A model generated the notes under the pieces. That model had not been told where the DNA came from, did no database searches, and saw only the letters and a list, made by a program, of their open reading frames with translations. Position numbers and translations under genes: made by a program. This document shows positions 62,409 through 64,000 of a stretch of 64,000 nt of DNA, in pieces. Source of the stretch: Hydrolagus colliei. Taxonomy: Eukaryota. Location: positions 6,696,001 through 6,760,000 of the forward strand of contig CM068759.1 in the NCBI GenBank assembly GCA_035084275.1. The letters run 5' to 3'. Position 1 is the stretch's first letter. Each line of letters starts with the position of its first letter.

Positions 62409-64000
62409 TAAGGCACCTCGTCATTCAGCTATGCGAGTTGCTCCTCCAGTCTTGTAGGTTCAAAAGCTGAAGTGAGGTGACTCAACACAGAGCCAAAGAC
62501 CTCTAGATGCTGTTATAAATCATTCAATAATGTACCTCTTTTAAAATCTTAGTATCTAACACATTGTATGCTTGAGAAAATCAACAGGTTTTTTTTTCCC
62601 CCTCTAACTATCCCCCATTTGGAAAGTTTAGTGAGAGTTACTATATTAACAGTTTTAGACTTGGCAGGTACCTATTGGTTCTTATTGTGTATATGTATGG
62701 ATTTGTATATGTGGCTGCTTAAGCAGATTTCAAAAAATGCCATGAAATTCGTTTGGGGCAATCGACCACTTTTTTCATGCAGTAACTTGCAATTTTCATA
62801 ACAGTCACTTTGAAAGTGTAAATAAATAAAGGGTCTTCATGTCTGTGCTGGTGGAGCATTACTGAACAAAGTGACGGGATCTCACATGGGTTATTTCAGT
62901 TGCCCTAACAACAGCGAATAAGATGAAAACATGCTCCCGATAGCATTGGGACAGACATGCACTGTTACTGTTGACCAGTTTTCAAAAGCCCCAATTATTT
63001 AATAGTTAAATTGATGACCTGCCTTGGAATGTGAGAGCTAGCCTTGCAACCGAGTTTGGTTCTACTTTGATGCATTAACAAAAAAAAGCTTTGAAAGAAA
63101 ATGTGAAAACAAATTTTTGCTAGCCTGAGAATGATATCAGAAGACAAAACATGATGACATTGAAATAGAGTGGTCTTATGTTATTTATGCATTACGAAAA
63201 TAAACCAGAGTTCCAACTTTAAGACACAAATTTCATTTTTTATTTAACTATTCAAATAGACAGTAATATGAAGAACCCACTATTGTAATATATATATTAG
63301 AAAAATAATGAAATAGACTAGAGCATTTTGGTGACACAGTGTGGCTACAAAATGCATAGCATGACTTTGTTTTGTTTCCATCCACAAACGCCTAAATATT
63401 AATCTCTTAGCAAAACATAGTTTTTTCAGTAAAAGCACAAACTTAAAAAGATTTTGAAAAGGAGTTAACTAAAAAAGGTAGTTTTTTTCTTCCTTGTAAT
63501 AACGAGAGAAAAAAATAAGCTTTGGAAATGAAATTGATCTGATGGATGGTTATTTGGTTACCATATATCCCAACTGAGCAGCCTGTATCTCTGTATTCAA
63601 AAGAATGTGCGTTTGATTATCAAGCTTGTATGATTCTATATTTTGATTGCCTTGATAAGCAGTTGCAGTGTGCTTCATTTAAAATGTTCCTCTGTAGTTT
63701 AATCAATAACCTGGTCGAGACTCAGTTTTGATTCCAACAATGTACCGTATTGTGATTGGGATATAATTATATGAGCTCCAGTGTCTGACTGCACGTTGCA
63801 ATACTGTGCCTCTGCTGAATGAATGATAGGCAAGACCCATGCAATGCCAATACTTTGCTCTTTTTCAGATAGGACACCAATTTCCCCCCCCCAATAAGGG
63901 ACACTGAATGGTCAAAAACCAATACCTCTAATATAACTTGCAGCAATACATTGAAATGCATACAGTACAAACAAAAATTATCATCGCAGGGGAATGCTCA

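Overview
Vertebrate genomic DNA, not prokaryotic. The repeat content (tRNA-head/Deu-like/L2-tail SINEs, L2 and CR1 3' ends, Penelope-like ends) suggests a cartilaginous fish, probably a holocephalan; this is inference. Four protein-coding loci are supported. (1) One 5' coding exon of SNX21 on the minus strand; the gene runs off the left edge. (2) A six-exon fast skeletal troponin C, TNNC2 (+, 16762-27938; the ATG-only exon 1 is less certain). (3) An intronless RING/B-box1/B-box2/coiled-coil/PRY-SPRY TRIM gene (+, 29428-31044) with an ISRE/ETS-IRF element just upstream of the ATG. (4) A complete NCOA5 (+, 9 coding exons, 38364-54305, 641 aa) carrying an N-terminal hnRNP-C/RALY-like RRM that mammalian NCOA5 lacks. 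The last ~8 kb is AT-rich and non-coding, possibly the 3' UTR of a convergent gene. There is one 164-nt assembly gap. Most notable observations: the probably interferon-inducible retro-TRIM, the RRM-bearing NCOA5, a SINE tail abutting the last NCOA5 splice acceptor, a non-autonomous Helitron with doubled 5' termini in TNNC2 intron 1, a duplicated YY1 module, and a Gly-to-Asp change in TnC EF-hand IV. All family names come from recall of sequence motifs; no database searches were run.
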